Of a DNA stretch of 43,743 nt, positions 27,938 through 37,592 are shown in pieces. Positions within the stretch are counted from its first letter, which is position 1. The number at the start of each line of letters is the position of its first letter. The notes beneath the pieces are model-generated. The model ran no database searches, was not told the origin of the DNA, and worked only from the letters and a program-made list of their open reading frames with translations. The DNA is from an uncultured Myxococcales bacterium (GTDB lineage Bacteria > Myxococcota > UBA4151). Position numbers and translations under genes: made by a program. The stretch lies in NCBI GenBank assembly GCA_964013405.1, contig CAXGWI010000014.1, forward strand, positions 1 through 43,743, given 5' to 3'.

Positions 27938-30310
27938 TCAGGCGTCCGGCGTCAGCCGACCGCCGAGAAAGCCATCGGGGGCTAAAGGTTCAAGTTCGAG
28001 ATCAGGCAGATCAAGAGCGACCTGAAGAACCTCGTCGACCCAGGCAACGGCCGTCACACTCAGCTCTTTAAGGACCTCAGCCGGCACGTCATCTAAATCC
28101 GGCAGGTTCTCTCGGGGAATCAGCACTCGGTCGAAGCCAAAGCGGTGGGCGGCCAGGAGCTTCTCTCGAAGCCCCCCGATGCGTAACACTCGTCCCCTCA
28201 GCGTCACCTCGCCGGTCATGGCCAGGCCTCCAACAACAGGCCGATCCAACAAGGCACTCACAATCGCTGTCACCAGCGTAATCCCGGCACTGGGACCATC
28301 CTTTGGGGTTGCCCCTTCGGGCGCATGCACATGCACATCCACCCGCTGGTACCAGTCTCGATCAAGCCCGAGGGCACCGGCCCGGGACCGTATAAAGGTG
28401 AGTGCCGTGCGGGCCGACTCCTGCATCACGTCTCCCAGGCGTCCCGTGGTCTCTACGCGAGCGGTCCCAGGGACAACACTGGCCTCAATATGCAGAACAG
28501 AGCCGCCGGTCGACGACCAGGCCAGCCCGCAGGCCAGGCCTGGCCGGTCCCCGCCACTGTGGTCCGGCTCAGCAAAGTGCTCCGTCCCCAAAAGGGCGCT
28601 GACATGTCGCGGAGCGAGCCGACGACGGGCTCCCGTCCTCACCTGGGCGGCAGGCTCTTGCTCCAGCAACTGCCGAGTGACCTTCCTCATGCAGGCCCCG
28701 ATCTGGCGCTCCAGCGACCGCACGCCAGCTTCCCGGGTGTAGCGCCGAATCAAATGCAGCATGGCCGGCTTAGAAAAGTTCACCTGATCCGGGCGCAGAC
28801 CCGCTCCTTCGGCCTGACGGGGAACCAAGTGATTGCGTGCGATCGCCAGCTTTTCGACTTCTGTGTAACCAGACAACTCGATGATTTCGAGTCGGTCTCT
28901 AAGGGCTGGTGGCACATTGGCGAGGGAATTGGCCGTACACAGAAAAAGGATCTGGGAGAGGTCTAAGTCCAGTTCGAGATAGTTATCGACGAACTCACGG
29001 TTTTGCTCCGGATCTAGGACCTCAAGGAGCGCCGCGGCTGGATCACCGCGTAAGTCGGCCGTCAACTTATCCACTTCATCCAAAAGCATCACGGCATCGA
29101 GGGCACCAGCCCGCTTCACCGCCTGGGCAATGCGACCAGGCATCGCCCCCACGTAAGTCCGACGATGACCTCGGATCTGGGCTTCGTCGTGAACCCCGCC
29201 CAACGCCACACGCACGAAGGGACGAGCCGTTGCCCGAGCAACACTGCGGGCAAGAGAGGTCTTGCCCACACCAGGAGGTCCGACCAGGCAGAGGATGGGA
29301 CCAGGGGCGTCAGGCACCTGACTCCGAACCGCGAGGTGCTCTAAAATCCGCTCCTTAGGATCATCGAGACCACAATGGTCTTCGTCGAGGCACTGCCTCG
29401 CCTCGGCCAAACTCGGCGAGCCATCCGTAAAATGCCCCCAAGGGATTTCGGCGATGACCTCAAGCCAGTTCCGTAAAACATTCGCCTCCGCACTCATGGC
29501 GTGCATCTTTGCCAAGCGCCCAAGGGCCGTTTCAGTGCGTGCCCGAGCCTCTTCGGTCAAATCTAAACTCGCGATCCGTGCTCTCAACTCGTCCAACTCG
29601 GGATCGGTGGGCTCGGCTTTTTCAACCTGGCCCTTGCGGGGCTTACGGCGGGCCCGCCGGCGAACCCCTTGCGCCATCCGCTCTTGGTTTCGCTGCTCCG
29701 CAAGTTCCAGTTCAAGACTGCGAAGAATCGCCTGAGCCCGATGGCGAACGTCGAGCTCTTCGAGAAGTTCTTGGCGACTCAAAAGATCGAGATCAAGACA
29801 ACCACATAGCTTGTCGACGAGGACACCCAGGTCGACCGCCCCAAGGAGGTCGATTCGATCGATCGCTTCGCTACGGTAACGAGCCAACTCATTCACACGG
29901 CCCAGAAGGTTCCGCCTCAGTTCTTCTGCAACCTCACCCTGCAGACCTCGCTCCTTGACCTCCTCGACGGTCGCGGTGAACGCGCCGTTGCGGCCCTCTT
30001 GAACACCACGAAGTCGGATCCTCGTCAGCCCTTCGACGCAGACACGAACCACTCGGCGATCTCCCCCTGGGAGTTGCTCCTGTGGCTCGACCAGTCGGGC
30101 CAAAACACCCACGGGGAAGAGATCCCCCTCAACCGGTTGCTCAACACGCCGGTCAACTTGGGCTGCAAGGACAATGGCCCGACTCGGGTCCGCCAGGGCC
30201 AGCCGAAGCGATGCGAGAGACCCCCGTCTTCCAACTCGAAGATGGGCTCGCATATGGGGGAAGATCACGAACTCCCGTAAAGGCAGGAGTGGATAGACGA
30301 CCTCCGTCAT
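27938..30310 (-). CDS. lon: ATP-dependent protease La (LonA)
   Basis: Lon N-domain, Walker [24 protein letters not shown] (catalytic Ser) and GGLREK. Confidence 0.97.
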   Translation of the reverse strand: MTEVVYPLLPLREFVIFPHMRAHLRVGRRGSLASLRLALADPSRAIVLAAQVDRRVEQPVEGDLFPVGVLARLVEPQEQLPGGDRRVVRVCVEGLTRIRLRGVQEGRNGAFTATVEEVKERGLQGEVAEELRRNLLGRVNELARYRSEAIDRIDLLGAVDLGVLVDKLCGCLDLDLLSRQELLEELDVRHRAQAILRSLELELAEQRNQERMAQGVRRRARRKPRKGQVEKAEPTDPELDELRARIASLDLTEEARARTETALGRLAKMHAMSAEANVLRNWLEVIAEIPWGHFTDGSPSLAEARQCLDEDHCGLDDPKERILEHLAVRSQVPDAPGPILCLVGPPGVGKTSLARSVARATARPFVRVALGGVHDEAQIRGHRRTYVGAMPGRIAQAVKRAGALDAVMLLDEVDKLTADLRGDPAAALLEVLDPEQNREFVDNYLELDLDLSQILFLCTANSLANVPPALRDRLEIIELSGYTEVEKLAIARNHLVPRQAEGAGLRPDQVNFSKPAMLHLIRRYTREAGVRSLERQIGACMRKVTRQLLEQEPAAQVRTGARRRLAPRHVSALLGTEHFAEPDHSGGDRPGLACGLAWSSTGGSVLHIEASVVPGTARVETTGRLGDVMQESARTALTFIRSRAGALGLDRDWYQRVDVHVHAPEGATPKDGPSAGITLVTAIVSALLDRPVVGGLAMTGEVTLRGRVLRIGGLREKLLAAHRFGFDRVLIPRENLPDLDDVPAEVLKELSVTAVAWVDEVLQVALDLPDLELEPLAPDGFLGGRLTPDA

Positions 30311-31551
30311 GCAGCCTCTTCCGGCTCAACCCGTACCACTTCGGGCTTGGCTTCACCGGTGACCGACGCGGGCGTGACCTCAAGCCGAGCGACCGTCCGG
30401 TCACCACAGAGCTTGTACATCGGATGGATCAGAATATCCTCTAGGATAGCTCGCAAGCCTCTCGCTCCGGTCTTTCGCTCCAAAGCCAGTTGGGCGATCG
30501 CGGACAACGAATCGTCACCCAAGGCCAGTTCAATACCGTCCATCTCAAACAAAGCGACGTATTGTTTAATAAGCGCATTCTTCGGCTCGGTGAGGATTTG
30601 AACCAGGGCATCCTCGTCGAGAGGGTGAAGGGCCGAAATCACCGGCAAACGACCGACAAACTCGGGAATCAAACCATAGTTCAACAGATCCTCTTGGTTG
30701 GTTTGGACCAACAGTTCAGGACCCGGTTCGACCCGCTCTCCCGACTCACCAAAACCAATTCGATTGCCCCCAAGGCGAGTGGCGATGGTCCGCTCCATTC
30801 CGGAGAAAGCACCTCCACAAATAAACAGGACCTGCGAGGTGTCGACCTTATGGACATCGCCGTGGGGATGCTTCCGCCCCCCTTTGGTGGGGACGTGGGC
30901 GACGGTCCCCTCAATGATTTTCAGAAGGGCCTGTTGGACGCCCTCGCCGCTCACATCTCGGGTGATCGACGGGTTCTCGCTGCGCCGGCTCACTTTGTCG
31001 ATTTCGTCGATGTAGACGATGCCCCGTTCGGCTCGAGCGATGTCGCCGTCTGCGGCATGCACAAGGGCACCGATGATGTTCTCAACGTCATCGCCCACGT
31101 AGCCGGCCTCCGTCAGCGAGGTGGCGTCAGCAATGGCGAAGGGGACGTTGAGAAACCGAGCCAATGTCCGAGCCAAATGGGTCTTACCCGTACCAGTCGG
31201 CCCGATCAGGAGGATATTGCTCTTTTCGAGTTCAACCTCGTCGCCATCCTCCTCATCGAGGATGCGAAGGCGCTGATAATGATTGTGCACTGCCACAGCC
31301 AAAACCTTCTTCGCCCGGTCTTGGCCGATCACATATTGATCCAAAGCCTCTTTGATTTCTGAGGGCGTGGGCAAATGATCGCTATGATCCTCACCCTCGG
31401 TACTTCCCGATGGGGTTGGCTCATCCAGAAGTTCTGCGCAAAGAAGAACGCAGGAATCGCAGATCTGATCGCTCGGTCCTGCGATCAGATGCTGAACTTG
31501 GTTCTGCGGCTTTTTGCAGAACGAGCAGTTTTTCATTCGCTTACTGCTCAA
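30307..31551 (-). CDS. clpX: ClpX ATPase subunit
   Basis: C4 zinc finger [26 protein letters not shown] and IGF loops, TGARGLR. Confidence 0.98.
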   Translation of the reverse strand: MSSKRMKNCSFCKKPQNQVQHLIAGPSDQICDSCVLLCAELLDEPTPSGSTEGEDHSDHLPTPSEIKEALDQYVIGQDRAKKVLAVAVHNHYQRLRILDEEDGDEVELEKSNILLIGPTGTGKTHLARTLARFLNVPFAIADATSLTEAGYVGDDVENIIGALVHAADGDIARAERGIVYIDEIDKVSRRSENPSITRDVSGEGVQQALLKIIEGTVAHVPTKGGRKHPHGDVHKVDTSQVLFICGGAFSGMERTIATRLGGNRIGFGESGERVEPGPELLVQTNQEDLLNYGLIPEFVGRLPVISALHPLDEDALVQILTEPKNALIKQYVALFEMDGIELALGDDSLSAIAQLALERKTGARGLRAILEDILIHPMYKLCGDRTVARLEVTPASVTGEAKPEVVRVEPEEAA

Positions 31552-32150
31552 TTTTCCTCCTGGGGGCCCTGTCCAAAGTGGATCTGGTCGATCAAGCCAT
31601 ACGCCAGGGCCTCGTCCGCGGACATATAGTAATCCCGATCGGAGTCCTCATGCACTTTGTCGACGGGTTTCCCGGTCGCGTCGGCCAGGATTTGGGCCAA
31701 CAGGTCCTTGGCCTTTTGGATCTCTTGGGCCTGAATCTGGATATCCGATGCCTGCCCCCTGGCCCCACCAAGGGGTTGGTGAATCATCACCCGAGCGTGA
31801 GGGAGGCTATAGCGTTTCCCCTTGGCGCCCGCTGCCAAAAGCACGGCGCCCATGGATGCGGCCTTGCCAACACAGATCGTCGCAACATCGGGCCGAATGT
31901 AATTCATCGTATCGAGGATGGCCAAGCCATCATCGATGACGCCCCCCGGGCTGTTGATGTAGAGATGGATGTCCTGCTCGGGATCCTGGCTGTCGAGAAA
32001 CAACAACTGGGCGACGATCGAATTCGCAACCAAGTCGTTAATCGCACCACCTAGGAAGATGATTCGGTCTTTGAGGAGCCGGCTCCAAATATCGTAGCTG
32101 CGCTCGCCGCGATGGTCCTGCTCGATGACAACGGGGGTCAAAAGGCCCAT
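31548..32150 (-). CDS. clpP: ClpP protease subunit
   Basis: [31 protein letters not shown] and MIHQP motifs. Confidence 0.98.
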   Translation of the reverse strand: MGLLTPVVIEQDHRGERSYDIWSRLLKDRIIFLGGAINDLVANSIVAQLLFLDSQDPEQDIHLYINSPGGVIDDGLAILDTMNYIRPDVATICVGKAASMGAVLLAAGAKGKRYSLPHARVMIHQPLGGARGQASDIQIQAQEIQKAKDLLAQILADATGKPVDKVHEDSDRDYYMSADEALAYGLIDQIHFGQGPQEEN

Positions 32151-32153
32151 GGA

Positions 32154-33491
32154 TCAACTCTCCTCTTCTTCACTGCCGGCTTCCACCGGTTCGTCCTGTG
32201 TTTCCTCGACCGGCGCCTCCGGCGCTAGACTGTTCTCTGCACCGTCCACAACGAAGGCCAACGCCTTTCGATTCCGCAGTTCAGCAACGATACCAGCCAT
32301 GGCATCGGCACTTTTGAACTTCTGCTGCACTGCTGCCAGCGGCTGGCCCAGCTCCCGGCTCATGCGAACGAGTTCCTGAGCCAAATCCTGAGGCGCTGGT
32401 TCCAGTTCCTCTGCCTCAGCGATCTCCTCCAAAAGAAGGCCAGCCTGTACGGCTCGCACTGCTCCTGGACGGGCTTCTTCACGCAGCTTCTCAAGATCGA
32501 GACCGATCTCATCATAACGCTCCGGCGGAATGCCCTGAAGGGCTTGCCGGACCATGCGGTCAAGGTGGGAATTCACCAAACCGGGAGGCACCTCAATGGG
32601 ATTGTGCTCGATGAGTTGATCGAGGACTTTCTCCTCCATCTCGGTCTGATAACCCTGCTCGAAGCGATACTCCAACGACGCCCTGACCTGCTCCTTTAAG
32701 GTGGCGAAGTCGTCGAAGCCAATGCCCTTGGCCAACTCGTCGTCGAGCGCGGGAAGTTCGCCCGCTTCGATCAACTCGACTTCAAAGGTGTGGGCAACGG
32801 CTTGGCCCTGCAGCTTCTCGTTGGGGTTATCCTCGCTAAACGTAATGCTGGCCTCGAAGGGCTCACCGACCTTTTTGCCGATAAGAGCCGCCTTAATGTC
32901 CGGTTCCAAGCTCACGTCGTCCAAGGTGAAGGTTTGAACCTGGTCCTCGGCCAAGACCTCGTCACCCAACTTTGCGGTAAACTTAACCCGCACACGATGC
33001 TCATCGGCGATCTCAACGCCAGACTCAGCTTCTGACCATTCCGTTCGAGATCGCTGTAGGCGCTCGAGTTCTGCGTCGAGATCATCATCGGTACAGATCT
33101 TCTTTTCGACCGCGACCTGAAGCCCGCTCACCTGTTTCAGATCAATGTCCGGCCGAACCTCGAGATTGATCGTAAAGCGAAAGGGCTGTCCTTCTTCCAC
33201 ATGGGGGTGCCCCTCCACCTTGGGCGGGGTCACCGGCCGGAGCCCCTCATCGTCGACAGCCTTACGAAAAGCCTTCTCGATGATCTGCTCGCTGACTTGG
33301 TGAATCACGAGGCCCCGGGCTTCCTTCATAATCCGTCGAACAGGCACTTTGCCTGGGCGAAAGCCCGGCAGGCGCTTGCGCGACGCATAGAGTTGATAGG
33401 CCCTGTTCAAGTCCCGTTCACAGTCGCCCGGGCTAATCTCGAACTGAAGACGGACTTGCACTCCGTCCAGTTTCTCCACTTCAACTTGCAT
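32154..33491 (-). CDS. tig: Trigger factor
   Basis: True start ATG 33491 (MQVEVEK) after AGGAGG; ribosome-binding motif PGFRPGKVP; tig-clpP-clpX-lon order. Confidence 0.95.
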   Translation of the reverse strand: MQVEVEKLDGVQVRLQFEISPGDCERDLNRAYQLYASRKRLPGFRPGKVPVRRIMKEARGLVIHQVSEQIIEKAFRKAVDDEGLRPVTPPKVEGHPHVEEGQPFRFTINLEVRPDIDLKQVSGLQVAVEKKICTDDDLDAELERLQRSRTEWSEAESGVEIADEHRVRVKFTAKLGDEVLAEDQVQTFTLDDVSLEPDIKAALIGKKVGEPFEASITFSEDNPNEKLQGQAVAHTFEVELIEAGELPALDDELAKGIGFDDFATLKEQVRASLEYRFEQGYQTEMEEKVLDQLIEHNPIEVPPGLVNSHLDRMVRQALQGIPPERYDEIGLDLEKLREEARPGAVRAVQAGLLLEEIAEAEELEPAPQDLAQELVRMSRELGQPLAAVQQKFKSADAMAGIVAELRNRKALAFVVDGAENSLAPEAPVEETQDEPVEAGSEEEES

Positions 33492-33502
33492 TGATTCCTC
33501 CT

Positions 33503-33587
33503 TGGTACGAGCGGGGGGAATCGAACCCCCACGGGCAAGCCCACTGGAACCTAAATCCAGCGCGTCTACCAGTTCCGCCACGCTCGT
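33503..33587 (-). tRNA. tRNA-Leu(TAG)
   Basis: Acceptor ACGAGCG/CGCTCGT, D-arm GGCGGAACTGGTAGACGC, anticodon arm CTGGA-TTTAGGT-TCCAG, variable arm, GGTTCGATTCC, CCA end. Confidence 0.96.
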
Positions 33588-33646
33588 CGATTCTTCGGCT
33601 TGCCTTTGGCAGCCCGCATCCTTGCTGGCAAGCGGGAAGAGGCCTA

Positions 33647-34561
33647 CTAGAGTCGTTGTACAAAATGGGCGCAGATGTCGGGCCCTCCCCCTGCGAGAAC
33701 CTCCTCGACCCCAGTGGGACTCGTCACGTTGATCTCGGTGAGGAAGCCATCGATGATATCAAGGCCAACAAAGCGCAGGCCCAGTTCCCGAAAACTCTCG
33801 GCCACAGCGCTACAGATCCGTAGATCATCGCCATTGAGCGGTACGAAACTCGCCCTGGCCCCCACATGCATGTTGGCCCGATGTTCGTCGTCGGCTGGCA
33901 GGCGGTTCAGAACAGCGAGCGGCTCCCCATCGACCAACAGGACCCGCCGGTCCCCTTCGCGCACCTTATCGAGGTACTTCTGAGCCATGACTTGGCGACG
34001 GCCTTCCTCGGTGGCTGTCTCCAACAAGGCAGAGAGATTACGGTCATCGTCCGCTGCGACAAAAATCCCGCGGCCGCCGTTACCATCTAAAGGCTTGAGA
34101 ACAATGGTTCCCTCAGCCCGGATCATCGCCTTCAACTCATCGATTCGATTGGTCACTCGAGTCGGTGGAATCAGCGTTGGATAGCGTAAGATCAACGTTT
34201 TCTCGTTCGCCCAAGTCAAAGTGCTCGGCCGATTCCAAACTGAAAGCCCGGTCTTTTCTGCGGCATCGAGCAACCAAAGGCCGGCCAGATACTCCCGTCC
34301 AACCGGGGGGTCGGTGCGAACAAAGGCTGCCTGGAAATGCGCCGCTGCATCCACCCATTGCCCCGGAAGCACCTCATGGTTGCCGTCAAACTTCCGAGCA
34401 AAGACAAAGAGCCGGTCGTGGCGCCAGATCAAATCCTCCATCAAACACCAATGGCTTTCATAGCCGGCCTCCCGACTCGCCCGGGCCATCGCCAGGGTGG
34501 TGTCGACGCCAGGGCGAAGACTTGAAAGATGATCGCAAACGTAGAGATGTGCAGGTTTCAT
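33647..34561 (-). CDS. gshB: Glutathione synthetase
   Basis: DTT, RTDPP, NEK, KPLDGNGGRG, EGDRR, RANMHVG and TEINVTSPTG motifs. Confidence 0.95.
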   Translation of the reverse strand: MKPAHLYVCDHLSSLRPGVDTTLAMARASREAGYESHWCLMEDLIWRHDRLFVFARKFDGNHEVLPGQWVDAAAHFQAAFVRTDPPVGREYLAGLWLLDAAEKTGLSVWNRPSTLTWANEKTLILRYPTLIPPTRVTNRIDELKAMIRAEGTIVLKPLDGNGGRGIFVAADDDRNLSALLETATEEGRRQVMAQKYLDKVREGDRRVLLVDGEPLAVLNRLPADDEHRANMHVGARASFVPLNGDDLRICSAVAESFRELGLRFVGLDIIDGFLTEINVTSPTGVEEVLAGGGPDICAHFVQRL

Positions 34562-34606
34562 TGGCTTCTAGTTGCCGCGAGACCATGGGCTGAGTAAAGC
34601 GCCGCC

Positions 34607-35950
34607 ATGAAGAGCACCCATGACCTCCCATTGGAACTCATCGCGGCCCACCGCGACGGTGCCACACAGCGAGCGGACTGGCTGACCGGCGCAGAGCACG
34701 AATTGCTCGCCGTCGATGCCGATGGGCGGGCCCCAAAATTCGACGGTGACCAGGGTATTGAGCGGGTCCTCCTAGGCATTGGATCGGAGGTCGCTGGCCT
34801 CGATGGCATGGAGGAACGAGGGCGGATCATCGCGCTCAAAGGACGAGGGGGGAGTGTCACGCTGGAGCCGGGAGGCCAGGTCGAACTCTCTGGTGCTGCC
34901 CACAAGGATCTGCACGCGCTGGCCTCGGAAACCCAATGCTATCAGTCCGCACTCGAGCGGGTCGCTGAGGACCTAGGCTTACGCTTTTTCGCCATGGGAC
35001 TGCGGCCCGTGCTTCCCGTTCCCGATGTACCACGCATGCCCAAAGCTCGTTATCGAGTGATGGAAGACGTGATGCCCTCCCTTGGTTCTCGTAGCCTTGA
35101 GATGATGTTCTCGACGGCCACCATCCAGTGCAATCTAGATTACAGCGATGAAGCCGATATGGTGGCCAAGTTTCGATGCGGCGCCCTGCTCTCACCGGTT
35201 TTGACGGCCCTCGTCGCCAACTCGCCCTACCAGGCTGGCCAACGCACCGGGCTGATGAGCACGAGGCAGGCGATCTGGGATGAGACGGCGACGGCCCGCA
35301 GTGGTCGCTTCCCCTGGATGGTCGAGGGGCCCATCAGCTACCGGGACTATGCAACCTTCGCCAGCGACCAACCCCTCTTGTTCCGGCAACAAGGAGATCA
35401 ACTCTCAGAGGCCGACCAGCAATCGTTCCTTAGCCACTTCAAAAAGGGTGAGCTAGACCTCGAAGACTGGGCGCTTCACCTCACGACCCTCTTCCCGGAG
35501 GTGCGCCTTAAGCACATGCTGGAGTTGCGGGGAGCCGATGGCGGTACAGGCGATCTCGTCATCGCCGTCAATGCCTTTTGGACCGGTATTCTCTATGACG
35601 ATGAGGCCCGTAACGAGGCCATTGCGCAACTGACCTCACTGGATGGGACCACCTGGGACCAGCTGGCCAAGGCCTGTCAAAAAGATGGGCTTCGTGCGCA
35701 AACACAAGGCCTCCCCCCAGTCGCAGAGATTGCAGCTGCAGCCGTCGGTTGGGCGAAAGATGGTCTCAAGCGTCGCGCCCGCTGCAACGAAGCCGGTGAA
35801 GACGAAAGCATCTGGTTACGTCCATTGGAGCAGTTCCTTGAACTCGGGGCCTCCCCGGCGGAGTTACTCATTGCGAGATTTGGCGATGATGCATTGGCTG
35901 CTCGATCCTTCCTCGCGGGCGATGTCCAGCGGTCACCATGGCTCGCTTGA
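34607..35950 (+). CDS. gshA: Glutamate--cysteine ligase (GCS2 family, plant/alphaproteobacterial type)
   Basis: GAEHE, TLEPGGQVELSGA, MPKARY, QCNLDYSDEADM, ANSP, HLTTLFPEVRLK and LELRGADGG motifs. Confidence 0.93.
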   Translation: MKSTHDLPLELIAAHRDGATQRADWLTGAEHELLAVDADGRAPKFDGDQGIERVLLGIGSEVAGLDGMEERGRIIALKGRGGSVTLEPGGQVELSGAAHKDLHALASETQCYQSALERVAEDLGLRFFAMGLRPVLPVPDVPRMPKARYRVMEDVMPSLGSRSLEMMFSTATIQCNLDYSDEADMVAKFRCGALLSPVLTALVANSPYQAGQRTGLMSTRQAIWDETATARSGRFPWMVEGPISYRDYATFASDQPLLFRQQGDQLSEADQQSFLSHFKKGELDLEDWALHLTTLFPEVRLKHMLELRGADGGTGDLVIAVNAFWTGILYDDEARNEAIAQLTSLDGTTWDQLAKACQKDGLRAQTQGLPPVAEIAAAAVGWAKDGLKRRARCNEAGEDESIWLRPLEQFLELGASPAELLIARFGDDALAARSFLAGDVQRSPWLA

Positions 35951-35981
35951 GATCCCTGGGCCGCAAAGGTATCGGGGGGCC

Positions 35982-36995
35982 ATGATGCGGCGTCTCCTAT
36001 GGGTGTTTGGCTGTCTCCTCTTCGCAGGCCCTGCGGCTGCGGGGCCCGGCGTCTACGTGGATCTGAACCCGGTGGTTCCTCTTGGCAAAAAGCCCTCAGT
36101 CAACGTGGTGACCAAAGAGCGGGTCCGAACCCTTCGACTCCACATCGTTCGCAGTGATGGGCAGGTGATCAAAAAGCGTAAAACCCGCCTGATTCGGAAC
36201 AAGCGCGTGCGCTTCTACCTCGACCAGCCTGAGGGAACCTTTACCTATGAAGGACACCTCTTCGTTCAATTCAAAAAGAAGGATGAAGAGCAGCCCATGC
36301 CTCTGAAGTTCGAGGCGACCGTGCAGGGCCCCTTGGACATCCGAGTTGCCAGTGAGGATATCGACCTGAAGAACCGACGTCTTCATCTCCAGGTGAGTCG
36401 AGCCTGCGTAAAGATCATCTGGTCGGTGCACGGCGATGACGGCAAAATCCTCGGTAAGGGGGAGGAAAACTACGACCCACCCCGGCCAGCCCACCAGCGC
36501 TTTGCTCTTGATTGGCATGGGAAAGAAGGGGTCGCCCTCAAGATTAAACTCAAGGCTGTCGATACGAGAGGATTCTTCAAGTCCGTTGCGCTCTTTCCAT
36601 GGAAGATTGAGATTCCCCACGAAGAGGTGGTCTTCGCCAGTGGCTCCCACCGAATTGAGAAAGATCAACGACCCAAGCTTGATGAGACGGTCAAAAAGCT
36701 TGCGCTCATCGTGAAGCGTTACCGTCGTTTCGCCCCCGTTAAACTCTGGGTTGCAGGGCACACGGATACGGTGGGTGATGCTGGAAGTAACAAGAGCCTG
36801 TCCCGGCGCCGGGCCCGGGCTATTGCTGATTATCTCGCTCGGAAAGGTCGGCTCAATCTTCCGGTCCGAGTCACTGGCTACGGCGAAAGTCGCCTCTTGG
36901 TGGAGACCGAAGATGAGGTGGACGAGGCCCGCAACCGACGGGCCGAGTACATACTAAGTGTTGAACAACCCATGGCCGGTGACTGGGGACGCTAA
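35982..36995 (+). CDS. Exported OmpA-family (peptidoglycan-binding C-terminal domain) protein
   Basis: Start ATG 35982 gives a signal peptide; C-terminal 'VAGHTD..N..LS.RRA..GYGE..NRRAE'. Confidence 0.88.
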   Translation: MMRRLLWVFGCLLFAGPAAAGPGVYVDLNPVVPLGKKPSVNVVTKERVRTLRLHIVRSDGQVIKKRKTRLIRNKRVRFYLDQPEGTFTYEGHLFVQFKKKDEEQPMPLKFEATVQGPLDIRVASEDIDLKNRRLHLQVSRACVKIIWSVHGDDGKILGKGEENYDPPRPAHQRFALDWHGKEGVALKIKLKAVDTRGFFKSVALFPWKIEIPHEEVVFASGSHRIEKDQRPKLDETVKKLALIVKRYRRFAPVKLWVAGHTDTVGDAGSNKSLSRRRARAIADYLARKGRLNLPVRVTGYGESRLLVETEDEVDEARNRRAEYILSVEQPMAGDWGR

Positions 36996-37592
36996 TTACT
37001 CCGGACCCGCATCCACCGGGGCATCGGCGACCCGCTTGACCAACTCGTGGATCTTACCCGAGCGAAAGCGGACTGATTCGATCTCCGCATAATGACTTCG
37101 AACCATACAGGGCCGAATACCTGTTCGATGGTAGAGCTGCCCGTCGTTCACGTCGCGCCGAAAACAAGGGCGCCAATACCGATCAAACTCTGCGAGACTC
37201 GTGCCTTTGCTGAGTGCATCAAGCCACACCTGCTCCCGGTCGTCCTTGCCCTTCAGCCCAGGCGGTTTCGGCTTGCTCGATACCGCGCTGGCGAGCAACT
37301 CTTCCGCACTACGGGCCTTGGGGCCCGCACGACCAAAACGGCGGCGGTCCGATTCGATTTGTTCCGCAAGCCCACGGGCCTCAGCGACGAGGTCCTTGCT
37401 ACCAGCAAAGGTCCTTAACTCATCGAGGATTTGATCCACCTGGGGACCAAAAAGGCTCGCAGGAAAGTCTTTGCTGATAATCTCGGCATAACGGACGCGG
37501 TGCGCCTCCAATTGCTCAACCCCCCGAAGGTCACCGCTTCGGTCACAAGCGAGCGCAAGGAAGAGGATCAGTAAGCGTCTAGTAGACTTCAC
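36996..37592 (-). CDS. Hypothetical lipoprotein, last gene of the minor pilin operon
   Basis: Lipobox LALAC; start overlaps the end of pilY1 by 14 nt. Confidence 0.7.
   Translation of the reverse strand: MKSTRRLLILFLALACDRSGDLRGVEQLEAHRVRYAEIISKDFPASLFGPQVDQILDELRTFAGSKDLVAEARGLAEQIESDRRRFGRAGPKARSAEELLASAVSSKPKPPGLKGKDDREQVWLDALSKGTSLAEFDRYWRPCFRRDVNDGQLYHRTGIRPCMVRSHYAEIESVRFRSGKIHELVKRVADAPVDAGPE

Noticed and set aside
33492..33581. 30-aa N-terminal extension of trigger factor in the ORF track
   Set aside because: It is the tRNA-Leu sequence read in frame; the real start is ATG 33491 with AGGAGG.
26790..33587. Integrative element at tRNA-Val or tRNA-Leu
   Set aside because: No integrase, and no duplicated tRNA 3' end (att site) found by eye in the window.
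35643..35981. N-terminal extension of the OmpA-domain ORF
   Set aside because: Mostly overlaps gshA in another frame; the signal peptide begins at 35982.
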